Positions 10,607-21,302 of a stretch of 64,000 nt of DNA are shown piece by piece. The stretch's first letter is position 1; each line of letters begins with the position of its first letter. The stretch is from Candidatus Bathyarchaeota archaeon (GTDB lineage: Archaea > Thermoproteota > CALKCG01 > B24 > DRYS01), in assembly GCA_018396535.1 (NCBI GenBank), contig JAGTQC010000005.1:64001-128000 (forward strand). The letters run 5' to 3'. A program made the position numbers and the translations under genes. The notes below the pieces were generated by a model. That model made no database searches. It was not told the DNA's origin and saw only the letters and a list, made by a program, of their open reading frames with translations.

Positions 10607-10746
10607 CTCCCCCCTCCTATTTTCTCCATGATTTCCGTTATGGTTTTTATCCATATGCTATCCGTAGATCTGTAGGTTTCCCCATCTGGTTTCCAGGTTT
10701 ACTCTACCACTGGGAAAGTTTATCTAGTATTGTATTAATCTAGTTT

Positions 10747-13053
10747 ATGATGGTTCTCTCCATGAGGGTGTATGGTGTAGGTTATGGTAGGGTTTTAGCA
10801 TTCGTATTATCTATGGTTATCGTAGCTTCGCTACTGGTAGCGTTATACTTCACCTACTATATGTTTATGGAGAGGTGTGGGAGATGTTTTATAGGTTTAG
10901 TAAGGATCGAGGGTGCGATAATTTATGATGAGGATGCCTACAGGTATCTAAGACTCATAGAGTCTGCGGCTGTGAATTCTAGTATAAAGGCTTTAGTAGT
11001 GTACGTCAACTCTCCAGGTGGATACGCTGATCTAGTAGAAGCTATACATCTAGAGTTATCGAGTCTAGGAAGGGTTAAACCAGTAGTATGCGTAGCTCAG
11101 CTAGCTTTATCAGGAGGATACTATATAGCGGTAGCTGCAGAACATATATACGTATACCCTACATCATATGTAGGTAGTATAGGTGTTATAGGTATCGGGC
11201 CATCTATACTAGTACCATCTGAGAGGGTTATGGAAACCGGGCCGTACAAGATTGTAGGATTCTCTAGACTACTATTCCCATACAATATAACAGAAGCTTT
11301 AGATAACTTCCTAGATGCAGTAGAATCCGGGAGGAGGGGGAGGCTAAGATTAAGCCGTGACGAGCTTAGTAGAGGATTAATATACATCGGTAGCGAAGCT
11401 GTGAAGCTAGGATTAGCTGATGAACTCGGCTCGATAAGAGATGCGTTAAACCTAGCTTCGAAGAAAGCTGGTATAGAAGAATACGAAGTCGTAGATCTAA
11501 ACACCGGTAAACCCTACACAGAGTATACAAGCTCTAGAGAATTATACGAATATTTATGGAAGGATATATCGCTAGAAGCATTATCGAAAACCCATCCACC
11601 ACCAGCACTATACTACATATACCTACCCCCACAGCTATACCTAGAGCTAGCCTCCCAATACCATACAATAGTATACAACACCACATACTCTAACGGTAGA
11701 GTCCTAGTAGATCTAAGCCACGGGAATACAGTATCATGGATAGATCTAGATGTACTATCCGGTAAGCTCGTAGAGAACGGTGCATCCATAGCGTTCACGA
11801 GAAGCTGGATGGATATAGAGGATAAACTACTCAATTCATCAGCTCTGATAATAGCTACACCAACAGTAGCCTACACCGATAGAGAAGCTAAACTAGTAGA
11901 GGAGTATGTAGAGAAGGGTGGTATACTACTACTATTCTTCGATCCATCAGTCGAGTATGTATCCATACCAAACCTCGCATACCCTATCAACACTATAGCA
12001 TCCAGGTTCAACATATACTTCGCAGGCGGATACCTATACAACAATCTGGAAAACTTCGGATTCTACAGAAACATATACGCATACATAGCTAAAGAAGCTA
12101 TCGATAACCCAATAGTATTAAACGTAACTAGGATAGCGTTATTCACAGCTACACACATATACTCATCAAGCCCAGCTCTAGCATATACATCGAACAACAC
12201 ATACTCATCGACAGCGGAGAAGCCTGGAAGATACACCGTAGCAGTATACGGTAGGAGAGGTTCAGGGCTAGTCGTAGCCTTCAGCGATCTATCATTCCTA
12301 CAAGAACCATACTGCTACGTAGCCGATAATCTTAAACTCGTAGAGAATATAGCATCCATCATAGCTCAGAATACACCCCCAGCTCGAAGAGTAGAGAAGC
12401 CGCCAACCATACCCGAGATACCTGAAACTAGAGAGATAAGCGAGCCTAAGATACCGGTAGGTTTAGAGAAGGAGTATCTATGCATAGAGGATGGAGAGGA
12501 GTACAGGATAATATGGGTTAAAGTAGGTGATAGAGAAATCCTAGTAGTATACCCGCAGACAACCATACACTACTACTACGATGAGGAAGGCTCCCTTACA
12601 AGCTGGACTACAGATAACATTACATGCATATACCTAGAACCCATACCTAAACCACCCTACCCGCTAGTCGCTGGTAAAGAATGGGGTTGGCGTTCAAGAT
12701 ATAGCCTATCGATCAGCAGCCTAGAATATCTAGGCTCGATAGAAGGCTACTTTAAAGTCGAGGATGTAGAGGAGATAGAGATAGCTGGTAGAGTATACCT
12801 AGCAGCTAGGGTTGCATTCGAGATAAACGATACACTATACATGGATGGCGCATCATCTAGAAGCATATCTAGAGGATTCCAGTGGATATGCAGCGAGATC
12901 GGGCATATAAGAGAGGAAACCACCACATACTACTACATAGATAGCATACTACAGACGATAGTTAAGAGGATACTAGTACTGGAGGAGGTTAGGTATAGGA
13001 GCAAGTCTATATATAGCTGGAATACGATACACATACAACAGGTAGTATACTAG
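10747..13053 (+). CDS. Membrane-anchored S49 (SppA-like) peptidase fused to a GATase-like/DUF4350-like domain and a C-terminal beta-rich domain
   Basis: N-terminal TM, VNSPGG, LSGGYYIA (Ser) and GPYK (Lys); central VLVDLSHG..YVEKGGILLL..AFSDLSF domain. Confidence 0.8.
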   Translation: MMVLSMRVYGVGYGRVLAFVLSMVIVASLLVALYFTYYMFMERCGRCFIGLVRIEGAIIYDEDAYRYLRLIESAAVNSSIKALVVYVNSPGGYADLVEAIHLELSSLGRVKPVVCVAQLALSGGYYIAVAAEHIYVYPTSYVGSIGVIGIGPSILVPSERVMETGPYKIVGFSRLLFPYNITEALDNFLDAVESGRRGRLRLSRDELSRGLIYIGSEAVKLGLADELGSIRDALNLASKKAGIEEYEVVDLNTGKPYTEYTSSRELYEYLWKDISLEALSKTHPPPALYYIYLPPQLYLELASQYHTIVYNTTYSNGRVLVDLSHGNTVSWIDLDVLSGKLVENGASIAFTRSWMDIEDKLLNSSALIIATPTVAYTDREAKLVEEYVEKGGILLLFFDPSVEYVSIPNLAYPINTIASRFNIYFAGGYLYNNLENFGFYRNIYAYIAKEAIDNPIVLNVTRIALFTATHIYSSSPALAYTSNNTYSSTAEKPGRYTVAVYGRRGSGLVVAFSDLSFLQEPYCYVADNLKLVENIASIIAQNTPPARRVEKPPTIPEIPETREISEPKIPVGLEKEYLCIEDGEEYRIIWVKVGDREILVVYPQTTIHYYYDEEGSLTSWTTDNITCIYLEPIPKPPYPLVAGKEWGWRSRYSLSISSLEYLGSIEGYFKVEDVEEIEIAGRVYLAARVAFEINDTLYMDGASSRSISRGFQWICSEIGHIREETTTYYYIDSILQTIVKRILVLEEVRYRSKSIYSWNTIHIQQVVY

Positions 13054-13055
13054 GT

Positions 13056-13853
13056 ATGGCTAGTAGAGATGGTAGAGGTGTAGAGTGTAGTAGATGCGGC
13101 TCATCCATAGATATACCTGAAGCCATCTTCTGTCCTAAATGCGGGGCGCCGCTGCGAAGAAGTATAAGCGATGTAGCGTGGAGTATAACAGATGTATTCA
13201 AAGTCCTCCTACTATCCTTCCTCATATTCATACCATCAGTCATAGCGATAGGCTTCATAACATACATAGTATCCGGGGTAGACCCATTCAGCTCCTTCCT
13301 CACATCCTTCACCCTACTATCCCTATTCCACGTAATCCTACTATCGTTCACGCTTATCTACATAAAGAGGAGGGGTGGAAGCTTCAAATCCCTAGGATTA
13401 AGAAGTATCAGTAGAAGGATTATACTATTAGGCATAGCTTCAGGTTTAACGATAGTCGTAGCTAACATATCGGTAACCATGCTGCTCCAACCGACGATAG
13501 GAGCTAGCCCAATACAGGAGGAGATATATAGGCTAATATCCAAGCCTGGTATGCAGATAGCTATAGCTGTATTCTCAGTCTTGTTAGCGCCATTCGTCGA
13601 GGAGGTATACTTCAGAGGATTCAGCTACCAAGCCTTCAAGAAATCCTGGGGTGTAAAGGCAGCTATACCGTTATGCTCGATATTCTTCTCTATACTACAT
13701 ATGGATCCATGGAGCATACCCAACACATTCATAGCAGGACTGATACTAACCCTAGTATACGAGAAAACAGGAAACCTAAACGCTACGATAATAGCTCACA
13801 GCATAAACAACCTATCAGCTATACTCATCTACCTACTATCCTATACGCCTTAA
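13056..13853 (+). CDS. Zinc-ribbon + CPBP (CAAX/Abi) intramembrane metalloprotease
   Basis: CSRCG..FCPKCG, EEVYFRG, FSILH and HSINN. Confidence 0.9.
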   Translation: MASRDGRGVECSRCGSSIDIPEAIFCPKCGAPLRRSISDVAWSITDVFKVLLLSFLIFIPSVIAIGFITYIVSGVDPFSSFLTSFTLLSLFHVILLSFTLIYIKRRGGSFKSLGLRSISRRIILLGIASGLTIVVANISVTMLLQPTIGASPIQEEIYRLISKPGMQIAIAVFSVLLAPFVEEVYFRGFSYQAFKKSWGVKAAIPLCSIFFSILHMDPWSIPNTFIAGLILTLVYEKTGNLNATIIAHSINNLSAILIYLLSYTP

Positions 13854-15020
13854 CGTTATAGCGTTATAAAGGCATATAGAGGAACATAAACCACAGCCTA
13901 CACATACTCTATGATCCACAACCGGCCTACCATCCGCTACCCTTATAGCTTCATAGAAGCATGAACGTAGACAACGCATACATCTAACACACCTACCATA
14001 ATCTATATCCGATTTATACACGGATACCCTATCAAGCTTCTCGAAATCTAAGACGTTAGGTAGAGCTACCCCGATTACATCACCCACACTAGAGAATCCT
14101 CTACTCGCAAGCCATCTATCAAGCTCACTCAGGATACGTGTTATAAACTGGAATCCGTGCATTATGATCGCTGTACAGATCTGTACAGATCTACATCCAA
14201 GCATTAGGAATCGGAGTACATCCTCATACCCAGATACACCTCCAGAACCTACTACACATGCTCTAACACCAGACTTAACTATCTTGTAAACCCAGCTACA
14301 GCTTATCGGCACCATCCATGGACCGCCATATCCACCTAAACCACCCCATACAACAGGCTTCATAGAATCCACATCGATCACTAACCCTTGGAAGCGAGCC
14401 GTAGCTACAACTAGATCCACCCCAGCTCTATCAGCAGCTAAAGCTATAGCTAGAGGATCCGCACCATGCGGTGTAAGCTTAACAGCTACAGGTATATCCA
14501 CAACCCTCTTAACCGCTGCTACAATCCTCTCGACGATACTAGGATCCGCCCCAGCAGTCTTACCCATAAGCACACCCTCCCCAGCTTCGACATGAGGGCA
14601 GGATAGATTAAGCTCAACCATAGAGACGCCAGCCTCCCTAACCATAGATGAAAGCTTAACCCATTCATCGATACTCCTACCAGCTATGCTAGCAACTACT
14701 ACAGCACCATACCTTCTAGCATAATCCACAGCTATACCAAGATCCTCGATAGCCTCCTCTGGAGATAGCTCAGACATAAGCTCTACAGAGTAGAGAGAGT
14801 AGAATCCTGAATCCACAGATTCAGGATGCATCACATAGAATCTAGGCCTAGGCTGAAGTCTATGCATCTCAGCGAAGGTTATAGTCTTCGAAACAACAGC
14901 TGCAGCTCCATACTCCATACATCTAATCATAGCCCTAGAATCTATGGTAGGCGTACCAGCAGCCACCATCAACGGATTCTTAAACCTTACACCAGCTACC
15001 TCTACAGATAGATCTGGCAT
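13836..15020 (-). CDS. PreA-like dihydropyrimidine/dihydroorotate dehydrogenase with C-terminal 2x[4Fe-4S]
   Basis: FKNPLMVAAG, ELNLSCPH, VKLTP and two CxxCxxCxxxC motifs. Confidence 0.85.
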   Translation of the reverse strand: MPDLSVEVAGVRFKNPLMVAAGTPTIDSRAMIRCMEYGAAAVVSKTITFAEMHRLQPRPRFYVMHPESVDSGFYSLYSVELMSELSPEEAIEDLGIAVDYARRYGAVVVASIAGRSIDEWVKLSSMVREAGVSMVELNLSCPHVEAGEGVLMGKTAGADPSIVERIVAAVKRVVDIPVAVKLTPHGADPLAIALAADRAGVDLVVATARFQGLVIDVDSMKPVVWGGLGGYGGPWMVPISCSWVYKIVKSGVRACVVGSGGVSGYEDVLRFLMLGCRSVQICTAIIMHGFQFITRILSELDRWLASRGFSSVGDVIGVALPNVLDFEKLDRVSVYKSDIDYGRCVRCMRCLRSCFYEAIRVADGRPVVDHRVCVGCGLCSSICLYNAITLRRIG

Positions 15021-15057
15021 AAATCACCACCCCGAATCTATACATAAGGAGAGTAGG

Positions 15058-16032
15058 CTAGAGTATGCCAGCACTCCTAAGCGCTCTACGTATAACCTCC
15101 CTCTCACCCTCAGATACAGGCTTCAAAGGCGGCCTCACATATGTATACCTTATAACACCGAGCATAGCTAAAGCCTCCTTAAGCCTAGCCCTATACGCTC
15201 TAACAGGAGGCGCGAATATAACATCAGCTAAAGGTTGAAGCCTAGAAGCTATCTCCATAGCCTCCCCATACCTACCCTTCCTCGTAAGCTCATACATCTC
15301 TACAAGTAGATCTGTACCTATAGTACCGAATCCTATAAGCGCCCCATCAGCACCGAGAACTAGAGATTCGTATATGAAGTTATCGTTACCGGTTAAAACA
15401 GATACCCTAGGATTAAACTTCTTAACAACTCTAAGAGTCTCTAGAAACTTCCTAGCATCGAAGGAAGCCTCCTTTATAGCTACCACACCATCGAGCGATG
15501 TCACAAGCCGTAGAGTCTCCTGATCGAATACTACACCACCAAGATCCGGTTGTAGTTGAAACACAACCAGCGGTATACGAGAACCATCATACACAGACTT
15601 ATAGTATTCATATACAACCTCTGAAGCATAACCCCCAGCGAATATAGATGATGGAAATACCAGTAGAGCATCAGCACCAGCATCCCTAGATTCACACGCC
15701 CACCTAACTACTTGAGGTATATAGCCAGGCTGAAGCCCAGCTACTATCGGAATCCTACCCCCGACAACATCTCTGACTATCTCTATAACCTTCAACCTCT
15801 CCTCAGGTAGTAGATGGAAACCCTCACCCGTATCCACGTTTACAGCTAACCCACCTATCCTAAAACCCGAAATCCATTTCACATAGTTTCTCAGAGAATC
15901 CTCATCTATACTATAATCCTCTAGCATAGGGCATACGATAGCAGGTATTATACCCTCCAATCTAACTATGCTCATACCCATGCATCTAGAAACTAATACC
16001 CAGTTAATTAATATTACCCCTATCCTCTCCAT
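15058..16032 (-). CDS. DHDPS/N-acetylneuraminate lyase family aldolase/dehydratase (true start probably about 20 codons in)
   Basis: GIIPAIVCP, TGE and Schiff-base IKEAS. Confidence 0.88.
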   Translation of the reverse strand: MERIGVILINWVLVSRCMGMSIVRLEGIIPAIVCPMLEDYSIDEDSLRNYVKWISGFRIGGLAVNVDTGEGFHLLPEERLKVIEIVRDVVGGRIPIVAGLQPGYIPQVVRWACESRDAGADALLVFPSSIFAGGYASEVVYEYYKSVYDGSRIPLVVFQLQPDLGGVVFDQETLRLVTSLDGVVAIKEASFDARKFLETLRVVKKFNPRVSVLTGNDNFIYESLVLGADGALIGFGTIGTDLLVEMYELTRKGRYGEAMEIASRLQPLADVIFAPPVRAYRARLKEALAMLGVIRYTYVRPPLKPVSEGEREVIRRALRSAGIL

Positions 16033-16044
16033 AAAATGAGTACC

Positions 16045-17331
16045 CTACTGAAACTCGAATATCCTACCCCCTACTATAGTCTTCGCAACCCTAACCCTAT
16101 ACGATCCAGCACTCCCACTGATAGAGAGGATAGCTATATCGGCTATACAGCCATCCGATATACTACCTACAGACTCCAACCCCTCTAACCTAGCTTGATT
16201 AGTAGAGGTAAACATCGATGCTAGGTGTAGAGAATCCTCAAAAGATCTTGCAGGCCTATCTATCATAAATCCTGAAAAATCTCTTGTGAATAAGTTTAGT
16301 AGATTCTCGAAGGCTCTATCCATAGTGAGTAGGCTTCCAAATAGGGTTCCAGGTGGAGGCTGCTTATATACACCATCAGCATCTCTGTAACGTTTAACAA
16401 CTAGTACACCACCATCATCACTCCTACATCCTACAACCGAGAATGCCTCAAACTCACCTCTAGGTACCTCCTCATCTATAGGGAATACAGCATCGGTTAT
16501 CGCTATAACCTCACCCATCCTACCCTTCTGTATACGTCTCTCGATTATATCCGATACATACCTAGTATCCACATGGTATCCATCAAATATTATCTCGATA
16601 GATATAGGTAGAGTTAAAGCCCCCTCATACATCCCCCCACCCTCGAACGGTTTAAAGGATTGCCCCATAGCCCCATTCGTTATATGAACGATATACCTTA
16701 ACCCCCTCCTCCAAGCCTCCTCAAGTCGTCTAGCAGAAGCTTTAGAATGACCGCAGCCAACTATAAGACCTCTAGAACTAGCATATCCTACTAGATCCGA
16801 TCCGAAATCCACAGCTATATTAACTAGTCTAGCAGCTCCTGTCTCGATTATACCATCGAGGAGTTCAACAGCCCCCTCACTCCAAGGCTCAACTATGTAT
16901 TCACGAGGCTGGGCTCCACCACACTCAGCTCTTATAAACGTCCCCTCTACGTGAGCCCCCTCAATCCTAGCCCCATCTAAGCCATTCCGGTTAGAAGACA
17001 TATACGATCTTATACTACGTAGATAACTCAGAAGCCTATCCCTAGGCATAGCTATAGTAGCTATCTTCACCGATGTCACTCCATGCCTAACTAACGCTGA
17101 AGCAACCCTAGATAACCTATCTACACCTATATCCGAGATAGATCCTATCAGATCATGTACATGCTGATCCCTAAACCCTGGTATGATAAACAACCCGCTG
17201 CAATCTATAGTCTCACCTACTCTAACACCATCATAAACCCTTGTGATCCTACCATCCTCTACAGCTACATCTGCTCTAACTAAACCCTTAGGTGTTAAAA
17301 CCCATCCGCCACGAAGGGTAAAAGAATACAT
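16045..17331 (-). CDS. NagA-like amidohydrolase (N-acetylhexosamine-phosphate deacetylase family)
   Basis: PGFRDQHVH, HVEG, GHS, HITN.AM, DGYHV and ITDA. Confidence 0.8.
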   Translation of the reverse strand: MYSFTLRGGWVLTPKGLVRADVAVEDGRITRVYDGVRVGETIDCSGLFIIPGFRDQHVHDLIGSISDIGVDRLSRVASALVRHGVTSVKIATIAMPRDRLLSYLRSIRSYMSSNRNGLDGARIEGAHVEGTFIRAECGGAQPREYIVEPWSEGAVELLDGIIETGAARLVNIAVDFGSDLVGYASSRGLIVGCGHSKASARRLEEAWRRGLRYIVHITNGAMGQSFKPFEGGGMYEGALTLPISIEIIFDGYHVDTRYVSDIIERRIQKGRMGEVIAITDAVFPIDEEVPRGEFEAFSVVGCRSDDGGVLVVKRYRDADGVYKQPPPGTLFGSLLTMDRAFENLLNLFTRDFSGFMIDRPARSFEDSLHLASMFTSTNQARLEGLESVGSISDGCIADIAILSISGSAGSYRVRVAKTIVGGRIFEFQ

Positions 17332-17341
17332 AGCTAATGTT

Positions 17342-18250
17342 TTAGCCTAGTAGCGAAAGCCTCGATAGAAGATCCTCTAAGAAACGCTTAGATTCCACCA
17401 CATCTGAATCTATATCTCCCCTATACCCTGCTCCACCTATATCGACAGCTATATAGCCTCTATACCCATGCTTAGCTAACGCTTTAACTACACCCTCCCA
17501 ATCTACGGTACCCCTACCCGGGGGTAGATGTAGATTATCCCTTCCATCATTATCTGATGCATGCACATAGGATATCCTAGAACCTAGCTTCTCGACAGAT
17601 AAAGGTAGTATCTCCTTCTGAGCATGTAGATGACCTGTATCCAGAACCGCGTAGAAGTTATCTGCACCTACAGCATCTAGCAACCTAAGCATAGCATCAG
17701 TATTACTTATATTCTCCCCAACCCTAGGTTCTAGGCAAAGCTTAAGCCCATACTCCTCAGCTAGACGGCTACATCTCTTAAAGCTCTCAACAATCCTAGC
17801 CCAAAGCTTAGGATAACTAAATCCTGGATCTACTTCAACCCTAAATTGTATACCAAAGCTTATAGCCTCCTTATACGGTACAGTACCTATGAACTTGAGT
17901 GGAGGAGTAAACGAATCTAGCTGAATCATATCGCAATCTAGGAATCTAGTTATCCCACAACTCTCCTCGAAATTCTTCAATGCTCTGCTCCATAACACCT
18001 CATCTAGACTAACTATATCTGGGAATATAGCGCATACATTGATAACCTTGAGACCTAGATCGCTACATAGCTTCCTAACCTCCCCCTTACGCTCCCTAAA
18101 CTCTAATAGCTGCGCCTCTCTAACAACCTCAACCTCCACAGCATCGAAGCCTAGCTTAGCCATCTCGCGTAGAGCTGTTAAAGTCTTATCGAATGATGGA
18201 GGATACCCATACTTAGTTATAGCATATAGCCAAGCACAACTAACCTTCAA
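17342..18250 (-). CDS. Sugar phosphate isomerase/epimerase (xylose-isomerase-like TIM barrel)
   Basis: CLEP, LDTGH, HASDN and HLPPGRG. Confidence 0.88.
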   Translation of the reverse strand: MKVSCAWLYAITKYGYPPSFDKTLTALREMAKLGFDAVEVEVVREAQLLEFRERKGEVRKLCSDLGLKVINVCAIFPDIVSLDEVLWSRALKNFEESCGITRFLDCDMIQLDSFTPPLKFIGTVPYKEAISFGIQFRVEVDPGFSYPKLWARIVESFKRCSRLAEEYGLKLCLEPRVGENISNTDAMLRLLDAVGADNFYAVLDTGHLHAQKEILPLSVEKLGSRISYVHASDNDGRDNLHLPPGRGTVDWEGVVKALAKHGYRGYIAVDIGGAGYRGDIDSDVVESKRFLEDLLSRLSLLG

Positions 18251-18360
18251 CCCGACTCCACCAGCCTATACTATCGATGAAATATCTGCATATAAACGTT
18301 GACTATAATACTAAGGCGAAAGGAATATATAACAGGTCATCTAGATACCCTTAAGGAGAT

Positions 18361-20469
18361 ATGAGCGAATACATGGGTATACGTACTAGGACATGGATCA
18401 TAGGAATAATAGCCGTAATATTATCCACCATATTCACTACATTCGTAGCACTATTCACAACAGGAGGAACACTATGGGGTTTAACCATAAATCCATGGGC
18501 TCAGGCGCAATCCGGAACTTTAACATTCGTATTCTGGTGGCCTCTAATTATAGCCTCTTTAGCAGCGGTATTAGCTAGGAATGGCGGATTGAATAAACAG
18601 GAAGTAACGATAGTACTAGCTATGGTTTGGGTTTCCTGGATGATCCCATCATTCTACGGTGTACTACCCGTCCTCACCATGATGGGTACTGCTCGTCAGA
18701 TTCCAGCCTTCCACCGATGGAATCTAGAGTATCTTAAACCTGCTCATTGGCAGTGGGGTCCTGATCCGTTCAACGATAAGCTTTGGGAGTCTTGGATGTA
18801 TGGTGGACCAGTACCATGGGCTGAGTGGATGCCAGCCCTATCCTGGCATATCGTTAGGATACTAGCCTACTATCTATGCTACATGTTCCTAGCTAGCATG
18901 TTTAGGAGACAATGGGTTGATCTAGAAGCTCTACCATTCCCACATGCTACTGCTGCTGCTAAGCTTATAGATATGGCTTATGAGAAGGTTGATGGAGGAA
19001 CAAGACTATTCCAAAACGTATGGCTATGGCTAGGACTACTAATAGGATTCCTAGCAATATACCCATACTGGGCATGGACACTACCAGGACTAGGAGTAGC
19101 GCAGTTAATGTATCCGGCAACACAGGGGATAGATTTAACACCGTACGTTATACTACCCCAGGCTCCGTTAACGTTCAACTTCGAAGCATTCTTCATAGGA
19201 TTCTTCTTCCTAATACCCGTGAAGACGCTGTTTAGCTTCATAGTAGTAGATGCTATAGCCTTCAGAGTTATACCCCCTATCATATGCTATCTAGGCTTAT
19301 GGGAGCCTCACTCTGCAGGTTCTTCAGGAGGTATAAACGCTTATATAGGGTGGACACAGGAGGGATGGACTGGCCCACTCATGCAGAGTTGGCAGCAGAC
19401 CTGGGGTAAGCTAGGCTGGATCACTGTGGGAGCGATGTTCGGGTTAATGTTCTTCCCGATATTCGTCACCTATAGGAGCGAGCTTATCAACGCCTTCAAA
19501 GCTATAATAGGTAAAGCTCCACCGGAGGTTGAAGCTAGAGAACCGTTGAAGTTTAGGTATATGCTACTAGGCTTCATAGTATTCCTACTAGTATACATAG
19601 CTACATGGTGGAGTTCGAGTCTCGGATACCTACCAGTATTATGGGGTATATTCTGGACCGTTGTGAATGGATTATACTGGGTTGGTAGAGCTAGGATAGC
19701 TGGTGATGCAGGACTTATATTCGAGGATCTATGGAATGAGCAGAGGTTTGCACACTACTGGAACTCAACCATGGTAGGATGGTTCCTAGCAGATACATCT
19801 TCACCATTCTTCATGGATGATCTGCAGAAGAGGTATCTTGTAGTAAGAGCAGATTATCCATGGTATACCTCTGTTATAAAGGCAGCCCCCATGGCTTCTA
19901 TTATAGAATCGTATAAGATAGGATCATTAGAGGGTGTACATTCCAAGTATATATTCATTGCAGGGCTTATCGCTACGATACTAGGTGTCGTACTATCGAT
20001 GTTCGTGATACTGCAGATGTGGTATAGCTTTGGAGCTTTAAACCTTTCTACATTCAACTATACAGGTGCACCGCATAACCACTATCAGAGGGGCCCCACG
20101 TACAGGGTCGTCGCGGTTGTTGGAGATTACTGGAGGCAGGGTATAACCGTGAAGCCTACAGCTAATCAATGGATACTATTCTCTGTAGGATTCATAATAG
20201 TATCCCTAATTCACGCTCTATCAGCTAGATACCCATGGTTCCCTGTAAACGCACCTGGAACAGCTTTAGGTCTAGGTATATTCCAAGCAGCATTATGGTT
20301 CCCAGCGATAATAGCTTATATAGCTAAGGTTATCGTTATGAGGATTGGTGGAGCTAAGCTATACGAGGATGTAGCTATGCCATTCGCTATAGGTATGGCT
20401 GCATCTGTATCCTTAGCGATACTACTGGGAGTAGCTTCAGGCTTCGCTACAACTCTAACCATGATGTAA
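18361..20469 (+). CDS. Polytopic membrane protein, probable transporter (DUF6785/OPT-like)
   Basis: 702 aa with many TM segments and the FRRQWVDLEALPFP motif. Confidence 0.7.
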   Translation: MSEYMGIRTRTWIIGIIAVILSTIFTTFVALFTTGGTLWGLTINPWAQAQSGTLTFVFWWPLIIASLAAVLARNGGLNKQEVTIVLAMVWVSWMIPSFYGVLPVLTMMGTARQIPAFHRWNLEYLKPAHWQWGPDPFNDKLWESWMYGGPVPWAEWMPALSWHIVRILAYYLCYMFLASMFRRQWVDLEALPFPHATAAAKLIDMAYEKVDGGTRLFQNVWLWLGLLIGFLAIYPYWAWTLPGLGVAQLMYPATQGIDLTPYVILPQAPLTFNFEAFFIGFFFLIPVKTLFSFIVVDAIAFRVIPPIICYLGLWEPHSAGSSGGINAYIGWTQEGWTGPLMQSWQQTWGKLGWITVGAMFGLMFFPIFVTYRSELINAFKAIIGKAPPEVEAREPLKFRYMLLGFIVFLLVYIATWWSSSLGYLPVLWGIFWTVVNGLYWVGRARIAGDAGLIFEDLWNEQRFAHYWNSTMVGWFLADTSSPFFMDDLQKRYLVVRADYPWYTSVIKAAPMASIIESYKIGSLEGVHSKYIFIAGLIATILGVVLSMFVILQMWYSFGALNLSTFNYTGAPHNHYQRGPTYRVVAVVGDYWRQGITVKPTANQWILFSVGFIIVSLIHALSARYPWFPVNAPGTALGLGIFQAALWFPAIIAYIAKVIVMRIGGAKLYEDVAMPFAIGMAASVSLAILLGVASGFATTLTMM

Positions 20470-20489
20470 AAAGAGGGGAACTTTAATTA

Positions 20490-21260
20490 TCAGCCTTTAA
20501 TATTTTTTAATATTCTCTCAGCGTTGCCATAGAATATATTCTGTATCTCATCTCTCGTAAAACCTATTTGTGGGAGAGCCACTTCCCAGAAGTTTTTATA
20601 TCGTAGAAAGTTTTCTGGGGCCGTGTCTGTAGCATACAATAGCCTGTTTGGATCAGCATCGTAGCGTATCCTATTCTTTAATGCTAAAGCTACCCAGAAT
20701 GTATGTCCTCCGCATATATCGAAGTATAGGTTCGGGTTATGCATCATGAGTACAGCAGCTTCATCACACCATGGATGCCCTAGATGTGCTCCGATTATTA
20801 TCAAATTAGGAAAGCTTCTAGCAATCCTATCTAGACGGATCGGGCGCATAAAATCCGATGAGACTCTATATTCTCTATCTACCGGATCCCTAGCTACGAT
20901 ACCTGTATGGAATAGTATAGGCATCCTATACTTTTCAGCTCTCTCATAGTATGGAAAGAATTCATCGCTATCATAAGGCTTCAAAGGCTTTATAATCTTC
21001 AACCCAGTAAACCCGCGAGAATATAGATCATCTACAACTTTAGTATCATCTACACCTAGATGTACAAACCCGAATCCCTTGAATAGATCTGGGTATTCCT
21101 GGAAAGCCTCTTCTATAAGCCTATTCTCATCTACTCCTCTAAACCTACCTAAACTCTGAAGCCAAACCATGGATATATCAGCTTTCTCACAACCCTCTAC
21201 TAGACGTTTTAACGGATCTCCACCGATAGGGTAGTGTACATGCACATCTATAGCTTTCAT
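20490..21260 (-). CDS. Amidohydrolase_2 family metallo-hydrolase
   Basis: IDVHVH, PILFHTG, AHLG and YATD. Confidence 0.88.
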   Translation of the reverse strand: MKAIDVHVHYPIGGDPLKRLVEGCEKADISMVWLQSLGRFRGVDENRLIEEAFQEYPDLFKGFGFVHLGVDDTKVVDDLYSRGFTGLKIIKPLKPYDSDEFFPYYERAEKYRMPILFHTGIVARDPVDREYRVSSDFMRPIRLDRIARSFPNLIIIGAHLGHPWCDEAAVLMMHNPNLYFDICGGHTFWVALALKNRIRYDADPNRLLYATDTAPENFLRYKNFWEVALPQIGFTRDEIQNIFYGNAERILKNIKG

Positions 21261-21302
21261 AACCCGTCAACCTATAAGCTAGTATATCTACTAGATATAA
21301 GC

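Noticed and set aside
10620-10720. Repeated G[GA]TTTCC motifs after tRNA-Thr(UGU) as ORB or att sites
   Set aside because: Too short and irregular, with no full ORB and no tRNA-end duplication.
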